From: Candidatus Sulfotelmatobacter sp.
Lineage (GTDB): Bacteria; Acidobacteriota; Terriglobia; Terriglobales; Acidobacteriaceae
Assembly: GCA_052326105.1 (NCBI GenBank)
Contig: JBKQRC010000002.1
Coordinates: 11,178 to 75,177 of the forward strand
DNA length: 64,000 nt
Reading direction: 5' to 3'
Position numbers and translations under genes: made by a program
The notes under the pieces: generated by a model
Seen by the model: only the letters and a program-made list of their open reading frames with translations
Database searches by the model: none
What the model was told of the DNA's origin: nothing
Shown: positions 27,708 through 36,052 of the stretch, piece after piece
How the letters are laid out: the number at the start of each line of letters is the position of its first letter
Position numbering within the stretch: the first letter of the stretch is position 1

Positions 27708-30428
27708 TCAGGGATTGGGCCGCATGTCGCTGGAGATTCCGCCGGCGGCGGGGGCATAGCACTTCAGCGTGTAATCCATGACCATGCGATCGGCGCTGAA
27801 CCGCCAACCCAGCGTGCGGATGGCTCGTTTCATGCGCTTGATCCAGCCTCGGGGAAGACCGTCGCGATCCCGCTGGTAGTAGAGGGGAATGACTTGGTCG
27901 CGCAGCGTGCGCAGCAAGTCCTCGCCATCCCGGGTGTCATGCACGCTCATGTTCGAATGAGTTCTGCCGGTGCCAATGGCAAAACCGTTCATGCCATCGT
28001 AGGCTTCGGCCCACCAGCCATCGAGGATGGAGAGATTCAATCCTCCATTGAGTACGACTTTCTGGCCGCTGGTGCCTGACGCTTCCTGGGGCCGGCGCGG
28101 GTTGTTCAGCCAGACGTCCACGCCCTGCACAAAATGGCGCCCGACGTTAATGTCGTAGTCCTCGACGAACACGAACTTGTCGCGGAACTGCGGGTCGCGC
28201 ATCATTCCTGCAATCTGCTGCAGAACTCGCTTGCCGGGTTCGTCCAGCGGGTGGGCCTTGCCGGCGAACACAAATTGAACGGGGCGGTTCGGGTCGTTCA
28301 CCATCGCGGCCAGTTTCTCGATGTCTTTCAGAACCAGATTGGCCCGCTTGTAGGTGGCGAAGCGGCGGGCAAAGCCGATGGTGAGCGCATCCGGACTCAG
28401 CACCCGTTCCAGCCGCTGCAGCACTTCGCGCGACTCTCCCCGGCGTTCTGCCTGTTCCACGGCCCGCCGGCGCACAAACTCGATCAGCTGTGACTTGAGG
28501 GAAAGATGCGTCTCCCAAAGTTCGCCGTCGTCCACATCCTCGATGCCTTCCCAGATCTTGGCTTCGCTGCTGCGCTGTTGCCAGCCTGTGCCCAAGTGGC
28601 GGTCGTAGAGGCGAAACATATGCGTCGCCAGCCAGGAGGGAACGTGGACTCCGTTGGTGATGTGTCCGATGGGAACATCGTCCTCCGCCTTGCCGTGGAA
28701 CAGCCCGGTCCACATGGCGCGGGAGACTTCGGCATGGAGCGCCGAGACGGCGTTAGCGCGGCGCGAGAGGCGCAGCGCCAGGACCGTCATGCAGAAGAGT
28801 TCCTCGGTGTTGTCCGGCTTCTCGCGGCCCAGACCGAGCAGGCTTTCCTGGGTCAGGCCCAGCGCCTCGCGCAAGGGCCCAATGTGCTCCTCCACCAGAG
28901 CCGCGCTGAAGCGGTCGTGGCCAGCCGGGACCGGCGTGTGCGTGGTGAAGACCACTTCGCGGGACACTCGCGGAACCGCGGCCTCAAAACTGATGCCTTC
29001 GTCCTCCATCCGCATGCGAATGGCCTCCAGCACCGCAAACCCGCTATGGCCTTCATTCAGGTGGAGCACGCCGGGAGAAATCCCCAACGCCTTCAGAGCC
29101 CGCAGTCCTCCCACACCGAGCAGCACCTCTTGACGAATCCGGATGCGGAGATCCCCGCCGTACAACCGCGAAGTGAGCTCGCGGTCTTCTGGCTCATTCC
29201 CCTCCACATCCGAATCCAACAGCAGAAGGTCGCGGCGTCCAACTTTCACGCGCCAGACCTTGGCCTGAATCCGGCCACTCCGGGTCTGGATTGCCACGAC
29301 GACCGGCCTGCCGTCTTTGCCAATCGCTGCTTCCATGGGCAAGTGATTCAGGTCGGTTTCGAGATATTCTTCCCGCTGCCATCCCCCCAGATCGAGCCGT
29401 TGCCGGAAGTACCCCTGGCCGTAGAACAACCCAATCCCCACGAGCGGGATATCAAGGTCAGAGGCGCTCTTGATGTGGTCTCCCGCCAGCACTCCCAGGC
29501 CGCCCGAGTAAACCGGCAACGACTCGTGCAAACCAAACTCCGCCGAGAAATAGGCCACCGGGTGGGGCCGCAGCACGCCGGCATGCCGGGCGCCCCAGGT
29601 GCGATCCGCCTCCAGGTATTCCAGCAGACGGCGGTAGGCATAGTTCACCCGGCTATGCAGCCTGAGTTCCGCCGCCCGGGTCTCCAGTTTCGCGAGAGGA
29701 AGTTCTCCCAGCAGCGAAATGGGATTGTGATTCAGCTTGCTCCAGCGGGCCGGATCAAGGTCAACGAACAGACTGGAAGAGTTGTGGTCCCAGCTCCACC
29801 AGAGATTTCGCGCGAGTTCCCAAAGACGCTCCTGCAACGGAGCGATGAAGCGGTCCAGGGCGCGGGCTTCGCTGACCACTGGAGCCACCTGGGTGGCGGC
29901 TTCAGTCAACATCCGGATCTCGTCTTCGCCAAAAACGCGCGCCTCAATGGTCTGCACCACCAGGACACCCTGCAGAACACCTCGATCAATGAGGGGAACG
30001 CCAAGGAAGGACTGGTACGCCTCCTCGCCGGCCTCGCGGAAGTACTTGAAGCGGGGGTGGCTCTTGACCTGGCTTACGGCGACGGGGCGCAATTGTTCCG
30101 CCACCAGTCCGGTGAGCCCTTCGTGAATCGCCATCCGCAGATTGCCGATGCACTCCCGGCGCAGTCCCACCGTTGCGGCCAGTACCAGATTGGCGCGATC
30201 CGGTTCAAGCAGGTATGCCGAGCAGACGTCTGTTCTAAATCGCTTGGCGACGAGCGCCACAACGTTCATCAGGATTTCGGCGGGTGACCCGCCTTCCGCC
30301 CCGAGGTTCCCGATCTCTTCCAGAGTCAGGACATTCCATGCGTCCCGCGAACGTACTTCTGGCTCCATTTCCTGTGCTGCCTCGTCGTATCGGTCCAAAG
30401 TCTGTTTCCCCAGCCTCCGGGAGGTCAT
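27708..30428 (-). CDS. glgP: alpha-glucan (glycogen/maltodextrin) phosphorylase with N-terminal GAF domain
   Basis: 906 aa. The N-terminal ~190 aa are GAF-like (VCSAYLLEPDRANLVLAATVGL...GLTGLVAEQLRPV...SFLGVPLI..GVLVVQT). The remainder is alpha-glucan phosphorylase (YFSAEFGLHESLPVYSGGLGVLAGDH, ...SGQKVVLNGGLNLSILDGWW). Confidence 0.9.
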   Translation of the reverse strand: MTSRRLGKQTLDRYDEAAQEMEPEVRSRDAWNVLTLEEIGNLGAEGGSPAEILMNVVALVAKRFRTDVCSAYLLEPDRANLVLAATVGLRRECIGNLRMAIHEGLTGLVAEQLRPVAVSQVKSHPRFKYFREAGEEAYQSFLGVPLIDRGVLQGVLVVQTIEARVFGEDEIRMLTEAATQVAPVVSEARALDRFIAPLQERLWELARNLWWSWDHNSSSLFVDLDPARWSKLNHNPISLLGELPLAKLETRAAELRLHSRVNYAYRRLLEYLEADRTWGARHAGVLRPHPVAYFSAEFGLHESLPVYSGGLGVLAGDHIKSASDLDIPLVGIGLFYGQGYFRQRLDLGGWQREEYLETDLNHLPMEAAIGKDGRPVVVAIQTRSGRIQAKVWRVKVGRRDLLLLDSDVEGNEPEDRELTSRLYGGDLRIRIRQEVLLGVGGLRALKALGISPGVLHLNEGHSGFAVLEAIRMRMEDEGISFEAAVPRVSREVVFTTHTPVPAGHDRFSAALVEEHIGPLREALGLTQESLLGLGREKPDNTEELFCMTVLALRLSRRANAVSALHAEVSRAMWTGLFHGKAEDDVPIGHITNGVHVPSWLATHMFRLYDRHLGTGWQQRSSEAKIWEGIEDVDDGELWETHLSLKSQLIEFVRRRAVEQAERRGESREVLQRLERVLSPDALTIGFARRFATYKRANLVLKDIEKLAAMVNDPNRPVQFVFAGKAHPLDEPGKRVLQQIAGMMRDPQFRDKFVFVEDYDINVGRHFVQGVDVWLNNPRRPQEASGTSGQKVVLNGGLNLSILDGWWAEAYDGMNGFAIGTGRTHSNMSVHDTRDGEDLLRTLRDQVIPLYYQRDRDGLPRGWIKRMKRAIRTLGWRFSADRMVMDYTLKCYAPAAGGISSDMRPNP

Positions 30429-30844
30429 ACCCCATCGGTCTTGCTATTCATGATGTCATAGTCCGCGCCGTTGCGCGGACGGAAGGGGCCACCCAGGGGG
30501 ATTATTTTACGAGGTACCGGGATGACGCGCACGGCCTCCTCGGGTCAGGAATCGAGTGCTCCTGAAAAGGTGCGTAAAATGAGGAAAACGCGCATTGCGC
30601 ACGCCCGCGAGTAGGAGTAAAATTCGGGCCAATCCAGCCTTACCAGTCGAAGATGGAGCGACCAGCCCGGCATTTGGTGGTTCGAGCACGAAATATCGCG
30701 CGACGTTGGTCGCGAGGAAAGACACGAACAGGAGCCCGGCCCGCGTGTTCAGCGGCGTGGCCGCAGACAGGCGGCTGCCGACGCTTCATGACCTTGCTTG
30801 CGTATCTATCCAGCCCGTGAAGCAGCGAGATGAGGAGTGGCAAG

Positions 30845-33001
30845 ATGGAAGGAAAAGTCTCCCGCGTGGTTCGGCTTGGTGCAGGTTTACTGGGATTGAT
30901 GACCCTGGGATGGGTCCTGATCGGCCATGCCGCCAAACCCGTCCTGGAGGGGCTGCCCACGGACTGGACTCATCGGCATATCATCTTTTCCCAGCCTGCG
31001 ACGGCGGAGTTGGCAGGCATCGTTGCCCGTGATCCGCGGTACTGGCAGCAATGGTACCGGCAGAACGTCGCGCATGTCCTCGATGACGGCGTTGAGAATT
31101 CCGCCGAGATAGCCACTTGGCGCGATCGCCCCAAGGCGACGAGCAGCATACATCGCGACTGGTCCGAGGGTCTCGGCAATCTTGGTACCGTTGGTGCGGG
31201 CAACTATCCCGCCAAGTATTCGTTCAGCGTCACCACGGCAAGCTGCGGCAGTGCGGCCACGCCGGACTTTGTGGCTTTCAGCACCGGTTTGACAGGCTCG
31301 GGAACACAGGCCAGCATCGTTGCCTTCGACAATCTTTATTCTGGATGCCCCACCGGAACCATACCTTCGGTCTATTGGGCCTACAACACCGGCGGGCAGA
31401 TTCTCACTTCTCCCGTATTTTCGCGCGATGGTTCGCAGCTGGCTTTTGTGCAAACCAGTGCCGGCGCAGCCAGCCTGGTTCTGTTGAGGTGGAAGGCCTC
31501 GACCACTGAGACGGTAGGCGGTCCGGTAGCTCCTACGTCGGTTCCTCCAGCTTCATATCCCGGCTGTACTACGCCCTGCATGACTACAATCGCCTTGACC
31601 AGCGGCGGCGGGACCCCCGCCGCGACCAACGATACGACCTCGTCGGTTTTCTACGACTACGTGGGCGATACTGCCTGGGTGGGCGATGCCAAAGGCTGGC
31701 TGCATCAGTTCACTCCAGTGTTCAGTAACACTGCCGCCCCGGCCGAAATCAGGACGGCGCCCTGGCCCGTTCAGGTCAATACAACCGCGCCCACCGCGCT
31801 CACCAGTCCCGTCCATGATCATGTGTCGGGCAATGTCTTCGTGGAGGATCAGGGAGGGTTTCTCTACGCCGTGAGTGCCTCATCTGGAGCGGTGACCACG
31901 TCGGGCCGGTTGGATTTCGCTCCCGCCGCCGATATCGTTGGCGGTCTTGTCGTGGACCCGTCCGCGCAGAAGGTGTATGTCTTTGCCTCCAGCGACGGCA
32001 CCACCAATTGCACGGGTCCAGCTCCCTGCTCGGCGGTCTACCAATTGGCCACCAACTTCACCGGCGGAACGGGCTCGGAAGTCACGGTCGGGACCAGCAG
32101 TGCGGCTCCTAATCCCTTGTATGACGGCGCCTTCGACAACGCCTACCAAACTTCCTTGAACGCCACCGGAAATATCTATGTTTGCGGAGATACAGGGGTC
32201 AACCCGATGCTGTGGCAGGTCCCGATTACGGCCGGAACCTTTGGCACTGCCCTAGAGGTTGCGCCGCTAACTCCCGTTGGAAACCATCGCGCGTGTTCTC
32301 CCGTGACCGATATCTTGAACCCAAGTGCAGCCGGAGGCGCACCCGAGGAGCGGGTGTTCTTTAGCGTGACCCTCAACGCCCACCCGACGATATGCGCCAA
32401 TGGGGGCTGTGCCCTGAGCCTGGTGAATATGCCTTGGCAGAAAGGTACTACCTACTCGGTGGGTCAGGAGGTTCTGATTTACAGGATTGCGAGCACCGCT
32501 TTCTACGTCGATGTGGCTATCAACGCGACGCCCGGCACCTCGGGGGGGACCGTTCCCGCATGGCCGGCCGCGATCGGTAACGTTACGCACGATGGCGGCG
32601 TCACATGGCTCAACCAGGGAACCGCTGTTTTTACAGCGCTGGCGAACTGGGCAGGAGGGCATGCCTACGCTCAACGCGCCCGTATTGTCGACAGTAATGG
32701 CAACGTCGAGGTCGTGATCGTAGGGGGAGCGGGAACTTCCGGCGGCACCGATCCTGCCTGGGCCACAACGGCTGGCCTGAATACCACCGACGGCACAGTG
32801 ACGTGGGTCAATGCCGGTGTATTGGCCGCCGCAGGTTTGCCCGCGACCGGAGGCACAAGCGGAATTATCATAGATAACACCGTCAGCCAGACAACGCAGG
32901 CGGGAGCTTCTCAGCTATACTTCAGCACTCTGGGCAATGAGGCTTGTCCGACAACGTCAACCGGCTGCGCAGTGCAGGCGTCTCAGACTCAATTAAAATA
33001 G
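30845..33001 (+). CDS. secreted hypothetical protein, beta-propeller-like middle region and two C-terminal ~60-aa repeat modules
   Basis: The ORF track gives 30830..33001. The ATG at 30845 has GAGGAG 7 nt upstream. It has a signal/anchor (VVRLGAGLLGLMTLGWVLIGHA) and blade-like segments (VYWAYNTGGQILTSPVFSRDGSQLAFV; GNVFVEDQGGFLYAV; KVYVFASSDG). I recognise no named family. Confidence 0.7.
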   Translation: MEGKVSRVVRLGAGLLGLMTLGWVLIGHAAKPVLEGLPTDWTHRHIIFSQPATAELAGIVARDPRYWQQWYRQNVAHVLDDGVENSAEIATWRDRPKATSSIHRDWSEGLGNLGTVGAGNYPAKYSFSVTTASCGSAATPDFVAFSTGLTGSGTQASIVAFDNLYSGCPTGTIPSVYWAYNTGGQILTSPVFSRDGSQLAFVQTSAGAASLVLLRWKASTTETVGGPVAPTSVPPASYPGCTTPCMTTIALTSGGGTPAATNDTTSSVFYDYVGDTAWVGDAKGWLHQFTPVFSNTAAPAEIRTAPWPVQVNTTAPTALTSPVHDHVSGNVFVEDQGGFLYAVSASSGAVTTSGRLDFAPAADIVGGLVVDPSAQKVYVFASSDGTTNCTGPAPCSAVYQLATNFTGGTGSEVTVGTSSAAPNPLYDGAFDNAYQTSLNATGNIYVCGDTGVNPMLWQVPITAGTFGTALEVAPLTPVGNHRACSPVTDILNPSAAGGAPEERVFFSVTLNAHPTICANGGCALSLVNMPWQKGTTYSVGQEVLIYRIASTAFYVDVAINATPGTSGGTVPAWPAAIGNVTHDGGVTWLNQGTAVFTALANWAGGHAYAQRARIVDSNGNVEVVIVGGAGTSGGTDPAWATTAGLNTTDGTVTWVNAGVLAAAGLPATGGTSGIIIDNTVSQTTQAGASQLYFSTLGNEACPTTSTGCAVQASQTQLK

Positions 33002-33187
33002 ATGGACCAGGTTCCTCCTATGGCTATGAACGATGTGCCCTCTGACAATCCGCGTACTCCAGTTATGAAGAAGCCGTATGAAAAGCCATCGTTCCGGTAC
33101 GAACAGGTGTTTGTTACCACCGCCCTTTCGTGCGGGAAGGTGGCCGGCACACAGGGCAACTGCCTTCATCTCGGCAGCGCGTCATGA
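33002..33187 (+). CDS. candidate RiPP precursor peptide (61 aa; 40 aa if started at ATG 33065)
   Basis: ...MKKPYEKPSFRYEQVFVTTALSCGKVAGTQGNCLHLGSAS. It has a YxxPxF motif, a TT pair, two Cys and a C-terminal Ser. Its stop overlaps the ATG of the next gene (ATGA at 33184-33187). Third-position GC is high, like the neighbouring genes. Small ORFs arise by chance in GC-rich DNA, so confidence is moderate. Confidence 0.5.
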   Translation: MDQVPPMAMNDVPSDNPRTPVMKKPYEKPSFRYEQVFVTTALSCGKVAGTQGNCLHLGSAS

Positions 33188-33663
33188 AGCCTCTGCCGCC
33201 AGCATCCGGCGAAGCCCATGCTGTCAAATGCGAACTGGCGGGCGACATCCTGCATTCGTCTGGAACCTTGCGCCTGCGGGTGATGGGCTGGAGCATGCTG
33301 CCCAGCTTGTGGCCCGGCGACACGCTGGTGATTGAGCGGGTGGAGAGCGGCGCGGTTTCTGAAGGAGATATTGTCCTGTTCGGCCGCGACCGCCGGCTTT
33401 TTGCCCACCGCGTGGTAGCGAAAAGCAGCCCGGCCGGGGACACGAGGATTTTGACCCGCGGCGACGCCATGCCGCAGCCGGACCCGCCCCTGTCAGAGCA
33501 CGATATGCTGGGAAAAGTCACGTCTGTCGTTCGCAATGGGAAGTGTATTGAGCCGAGCAGGACTCCGCGCCTTTCCGAGCGCGCGGTTGCAGCTTTGGTT
33601 CGAAACTCGGAAATCGCTGCCCGTGTCGTTGTGGGCGTACACGGCATGCGTCAAACGTCGTAA
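33184..33663 (+). CDS. S26-family peptidase, SipW/ER (Ser-His) type, apparently soluble
   Basis: VMGWSMLPSLWPGDTLVIERV (S-M-x-P catalytic Ser box), GDIVLFGRDRRLFAHRVV (His where bacterial LepB has Lys) and TRGDAMPQPDPP (cf. SipW TKGDNN..D). There is no clear N-terminal TM anchor. The start was taken at ATG 33184 (ATGA overlap) rather than the track start 33130. Confidence 0.75.
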   Translation: MKPLPPASGEAHAVKCELAGDILHSSGTLRLRVMGWSMLPSLWPGDTLVIERVESGAVSEGDIVLFGRDRRLFAHRVVAKSSPAGDTRILTRGDAMPQPDPPLSEHDMLGKVTSVVRNGKCIEPSRTPRLSERAVAALVRNSEIAARVVVGVHGMRQTS

Positions 33664-33676
33664 GATCGAGTATCCC

Positions 33677-34507
33677 TTGCCAGAATTAACCGCCGAAGTC
33701 GAATGCCTCAGCCTCGTGATCGAAATCGGAGGCATGCCCGTCCGTGTGAATACGACGGACCCGGGCTTCCTGGCCATGCTCGAGCGCCGCTACTCAGGCT
33801 TTTTGGGCTTATCAGAAAAAGCTGAAATGGAATTTGATGTTGATCTGGTTCAGCCTGGCTCGGCTGAGCTTGGCTTCGCCGATCCCGATGCCGGCGTGAG
33901 CGTGACTCAGCATCGGGGCCGCTGGTCTCTGACTCGCGGCGATTTTCGGGCCGAGTGGGAACCGGCAGCCCGGAAGGGCTGGATTCGCCAGTCGGCCAAT
34001 CCTTATTCGATCGATGCGGTGCTTCGCATTGTGCATTCGCTTGTGCTGGCCCGGCAGGGCGGCTTCCTGCTGCACTCGGCCAGCGCCCTGCGAAACGGGA
34101 AGGCATTCCTTTTCGCCGGCGTTTCCGGCGCGGGGAAGACCACCATTTCCCGGCTGGCGCCTTCCGACGCTACTCTTCTTACCGACGAAATCTCCTACGT
34201 CCGCAAACAGGGCGACGGTTATGTGGCCTTCGGCACTCCGTTCACCGGGGAACTGGCCAAGCTGGGCGAGAATGTTTCGGCGCCGGTCGCCGCACTCTAC
34301 CTGCTGGCACAAGGCCCGGAAAACAGGATTGACCCGGTCGCGCCCGGCGAAGCCGCCCGGTCTCTTCTTGCCAATGTTTTGTTTTTCGCGGAAGATGAAG
34401 AACTGGTGCAGGCCGAGTTTCATTCCGCTTTCGAGTTCGTAAGCCGGGTACCGGTTTCGCGCCTTACCTTTGTGCCCGATGCCCGGGTGTGGGAGTTGAT
34501 TCGATGA
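33677..34507 (+). CDS. HPr-kinase-like P-loop serine kinase (HprK-related)
   Basis: LHSASALRNGKAFLFAGVSGAGKTTISRL...LLTDEISYV...FGTPFTGE is the HprK C-terminal-domain pattern with a Walker A motif. The start is uncertain: TTG 33677, GTG 33716 and ATG 33734 are candidates, or GTG 33623/TTG 33629 overlapping the peptidase gene. The ORF-track start 33536 would overlap by 128 nt. Confidence 0.75.
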   Translation: MPELTAEVECLSLVIEIGGMPVRVNTTDPGFLAMLERRYSGFLGLSEKAEMEFDVDLVQPGSAELGFADPDAGVSVTQHRGRWSLTRGDFRAEWEPAARKGWIRQSANPYSIDAVLRIVHSLVLARQGGFLLHSASALRNGKAFLFAGVSGAGKTTISRLAPSDATLLTDEISYVRKQGDGYVAFGTPFTGELAKLGENVSAPVAALYLLAQGPENRIDPVAPGEAARSLLANVLFFAEDEELVQAEFHSAFEFVSRVPVSRLTFVPDARVWELIR

Positions 34508-34821
34508 GCAGGCTTTTTGTGGCGCGGAATCCCCGGGTGGCGGCGCGCTGCCTCGACGGCGAAATGATGATTATGTCGGGGCGGGATTCGACTCTCTTCA
34601 CCCTGAACCGGACGGCGACCATCCTCTGGCAAGCGGCGGACGGGACGACCCCGCTGGATGAGATCGTGCAATCGAAGATTTGCCCCGAATTCGATGTCGA
34701 ACCCGCCGAGGCGCTGCAGGATGCCGAGACTCTGGCGCGGGAACTTGCCGGCCATGAGATCTTGCAGATCTCCGAAGAACCGATCCCGGCGGGAAAGGCA
34801 TTGGCTGGAGAATCCCGATGA
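34504..34821 (+). CDS. PqqD-family protein (RiPP recognition element-like chaperone)
   Basis: MSRLFVARNPRVAARCLDGEMMIMSGRDSTLFTLNRTATILWQAADGTTPLDEIV...AETLARELAGHEIL is the typical PqqD/RRE pattern. The ATG at 34504 overlaps the kinase stop (ATGA). Confidence 0.85.
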   Translation: MSRLFVARNPRVAARCLDGEMMIMSGRDSTLFTLNRTATILWQAADGTTPLDEIVQSKICPEFDVEPAEALQDAETLARELAGHEILQISEEPIPAGKALAGESR

Positions 34822-35927
34822 GCGGACTGCTCGAGCAGATGACCGAGAAGGCGCTGGCCCTGAACATTCCGCTCAGCGTCCAACTCGATCTCACCTACCG
34901 CTGCAATGAGCGGTGCGTGCACTGCTATCTCGATCATGACGATCACGGCGAGATGACGACCGAGGAAATCAAGCATCTCCTCGACGAAATGGCCGCGGCG
35001 GGCGTCTTCATTTTGACCCTAAGCGGCGGTGAAATCTTCGTACGCAAGGATTTCTTCGAAATTCTCGAGTACGCCCGCCAGCGGACCTTCTGCATAAAGC
35101 TCAAGACCAATGCCATCCTGATTCGCGAAGCCGAGGCGGCGCGCATCCGCGATCTCGGCGTCGAATCCATCCAGATCAGCATTTACTCTCACCGCCCCGA
35201 AGTTCACGATGCCATCACGCTGGTGCGGGGCTCGCTCGAGCGCTCTCTGGATGCGATTCGCTTTCTCAAGTCGCAGGGGTTGCGTGTCGTCATAGCCAAC
35301 GTTCTGATGATCCAGAATGTGCAGGATTACACCGGTGTACGCGCGCTGGCCGAAGAATTGGGCGTCGAGTCCACGCTTGATCCGACGATCACGCCGATGA
35401 TGGATGGCAACCGCTCGGTCCTGAACCTGGCCGTCGACCAGAGCGCCCTGCAGCAGGTCTTTCGCGATACGGGCCTGGTGGGGAATGTGGACGAATTCTG
35501 CGCGGTCGCAGCGCCCGCCGATGAGAGCGCGCTGTCATCCCTACCCTGCAGCGCCAGTCACACCACTTGCTATGTTTCGCCGTATGGCGACGTTTTTCCC
35601 TGCGTCCAGTTTCCGCTTCCCACCGGCAATGTCAGGAAGCAGCGCTTCCTTGACATCTGGCGGCACTCGGATCAGATGAATGAAGTGCGTGGGATCCGAA
35701 TCAAGGATCTGACGACCTGCACCCAGTGCTCTCACGTGTCAAGCTGCTCGCGGTGTCCCGGCTTGGCCTTTATGGAAGGAAATATGCGCGGGCCCTCGAC
35801 GCAGGATTGCGAGAAGTCCTTCGCGAGGACCGGAGTTCCGTCGGCAAATATGCTGTCGAAAAAGCGCGCACGGGCAAATCTCGTCCAGATTCGGACGCTT
35901 CCGGCCTTGGCAAGCGCGTCTGCTTAA
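34818..35927 (+). CDS. radical SAM enzyme with SPASM domain
   Basis: CNERCVHC (CxxxCxxC, nt 34902-34925), GGEIF, and a C-terminal SPASM pattern (LPCSASHTTCYVSPYGDVFPC...GNV...FLDIW...CTQCSHVSSCSRCPGLA). The ATG overlaps the PqqD stop (ATGA). Confidence 0.9.
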   Translation: MSGLLEQMTEKALALNIPLSVQLDLTYRCNERCVHCYLDHDDHGEMTTEEIKHLLDEMAAAGVFILTLSGGEIFVRKDFFEILEYARQRTFCIKLKTNAILIREAEAARIRDLGVESIQISIYSHRPEVHDAITLVRGSLERSLDAIRFLKSQGLRVVIANVLMIQNVQDYTGVRALAEELGVESTLDPTITPMMDGNRSVLNLAVDQSALQQVFRDTGLVGNVDEFCAVAAPADESALSSLPCSASHTTCYVSPYGDVFPCVQFPLPTGNVRKQRFLDIWRHSDQMNEVRGIRIKDLTTCTQCSHVSSCSRCPGLAFMEGNMRGPSTQDCEKSFARTGVPSANMLSKKRARANLVQIRTLPALASASA

Positions 35928-36052
35928 CAGACCGTGTCGCGAATACGATTCGTATCAGGGTATGCCTTCAGGCATACCGCGAGTACTGAGTTATCTCTGC
36001 GCCTTCAGGCGCTGAATTTGCGACTCTGAGTTTCGCCACGGCTTGTTGACTC

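Noticed and set aside
28506-30287. 593-aa plus-strand ORF
   Set aside because: It is antisense to the GAF-GlgP gene, which has unambiguous phosphorylase motifs.
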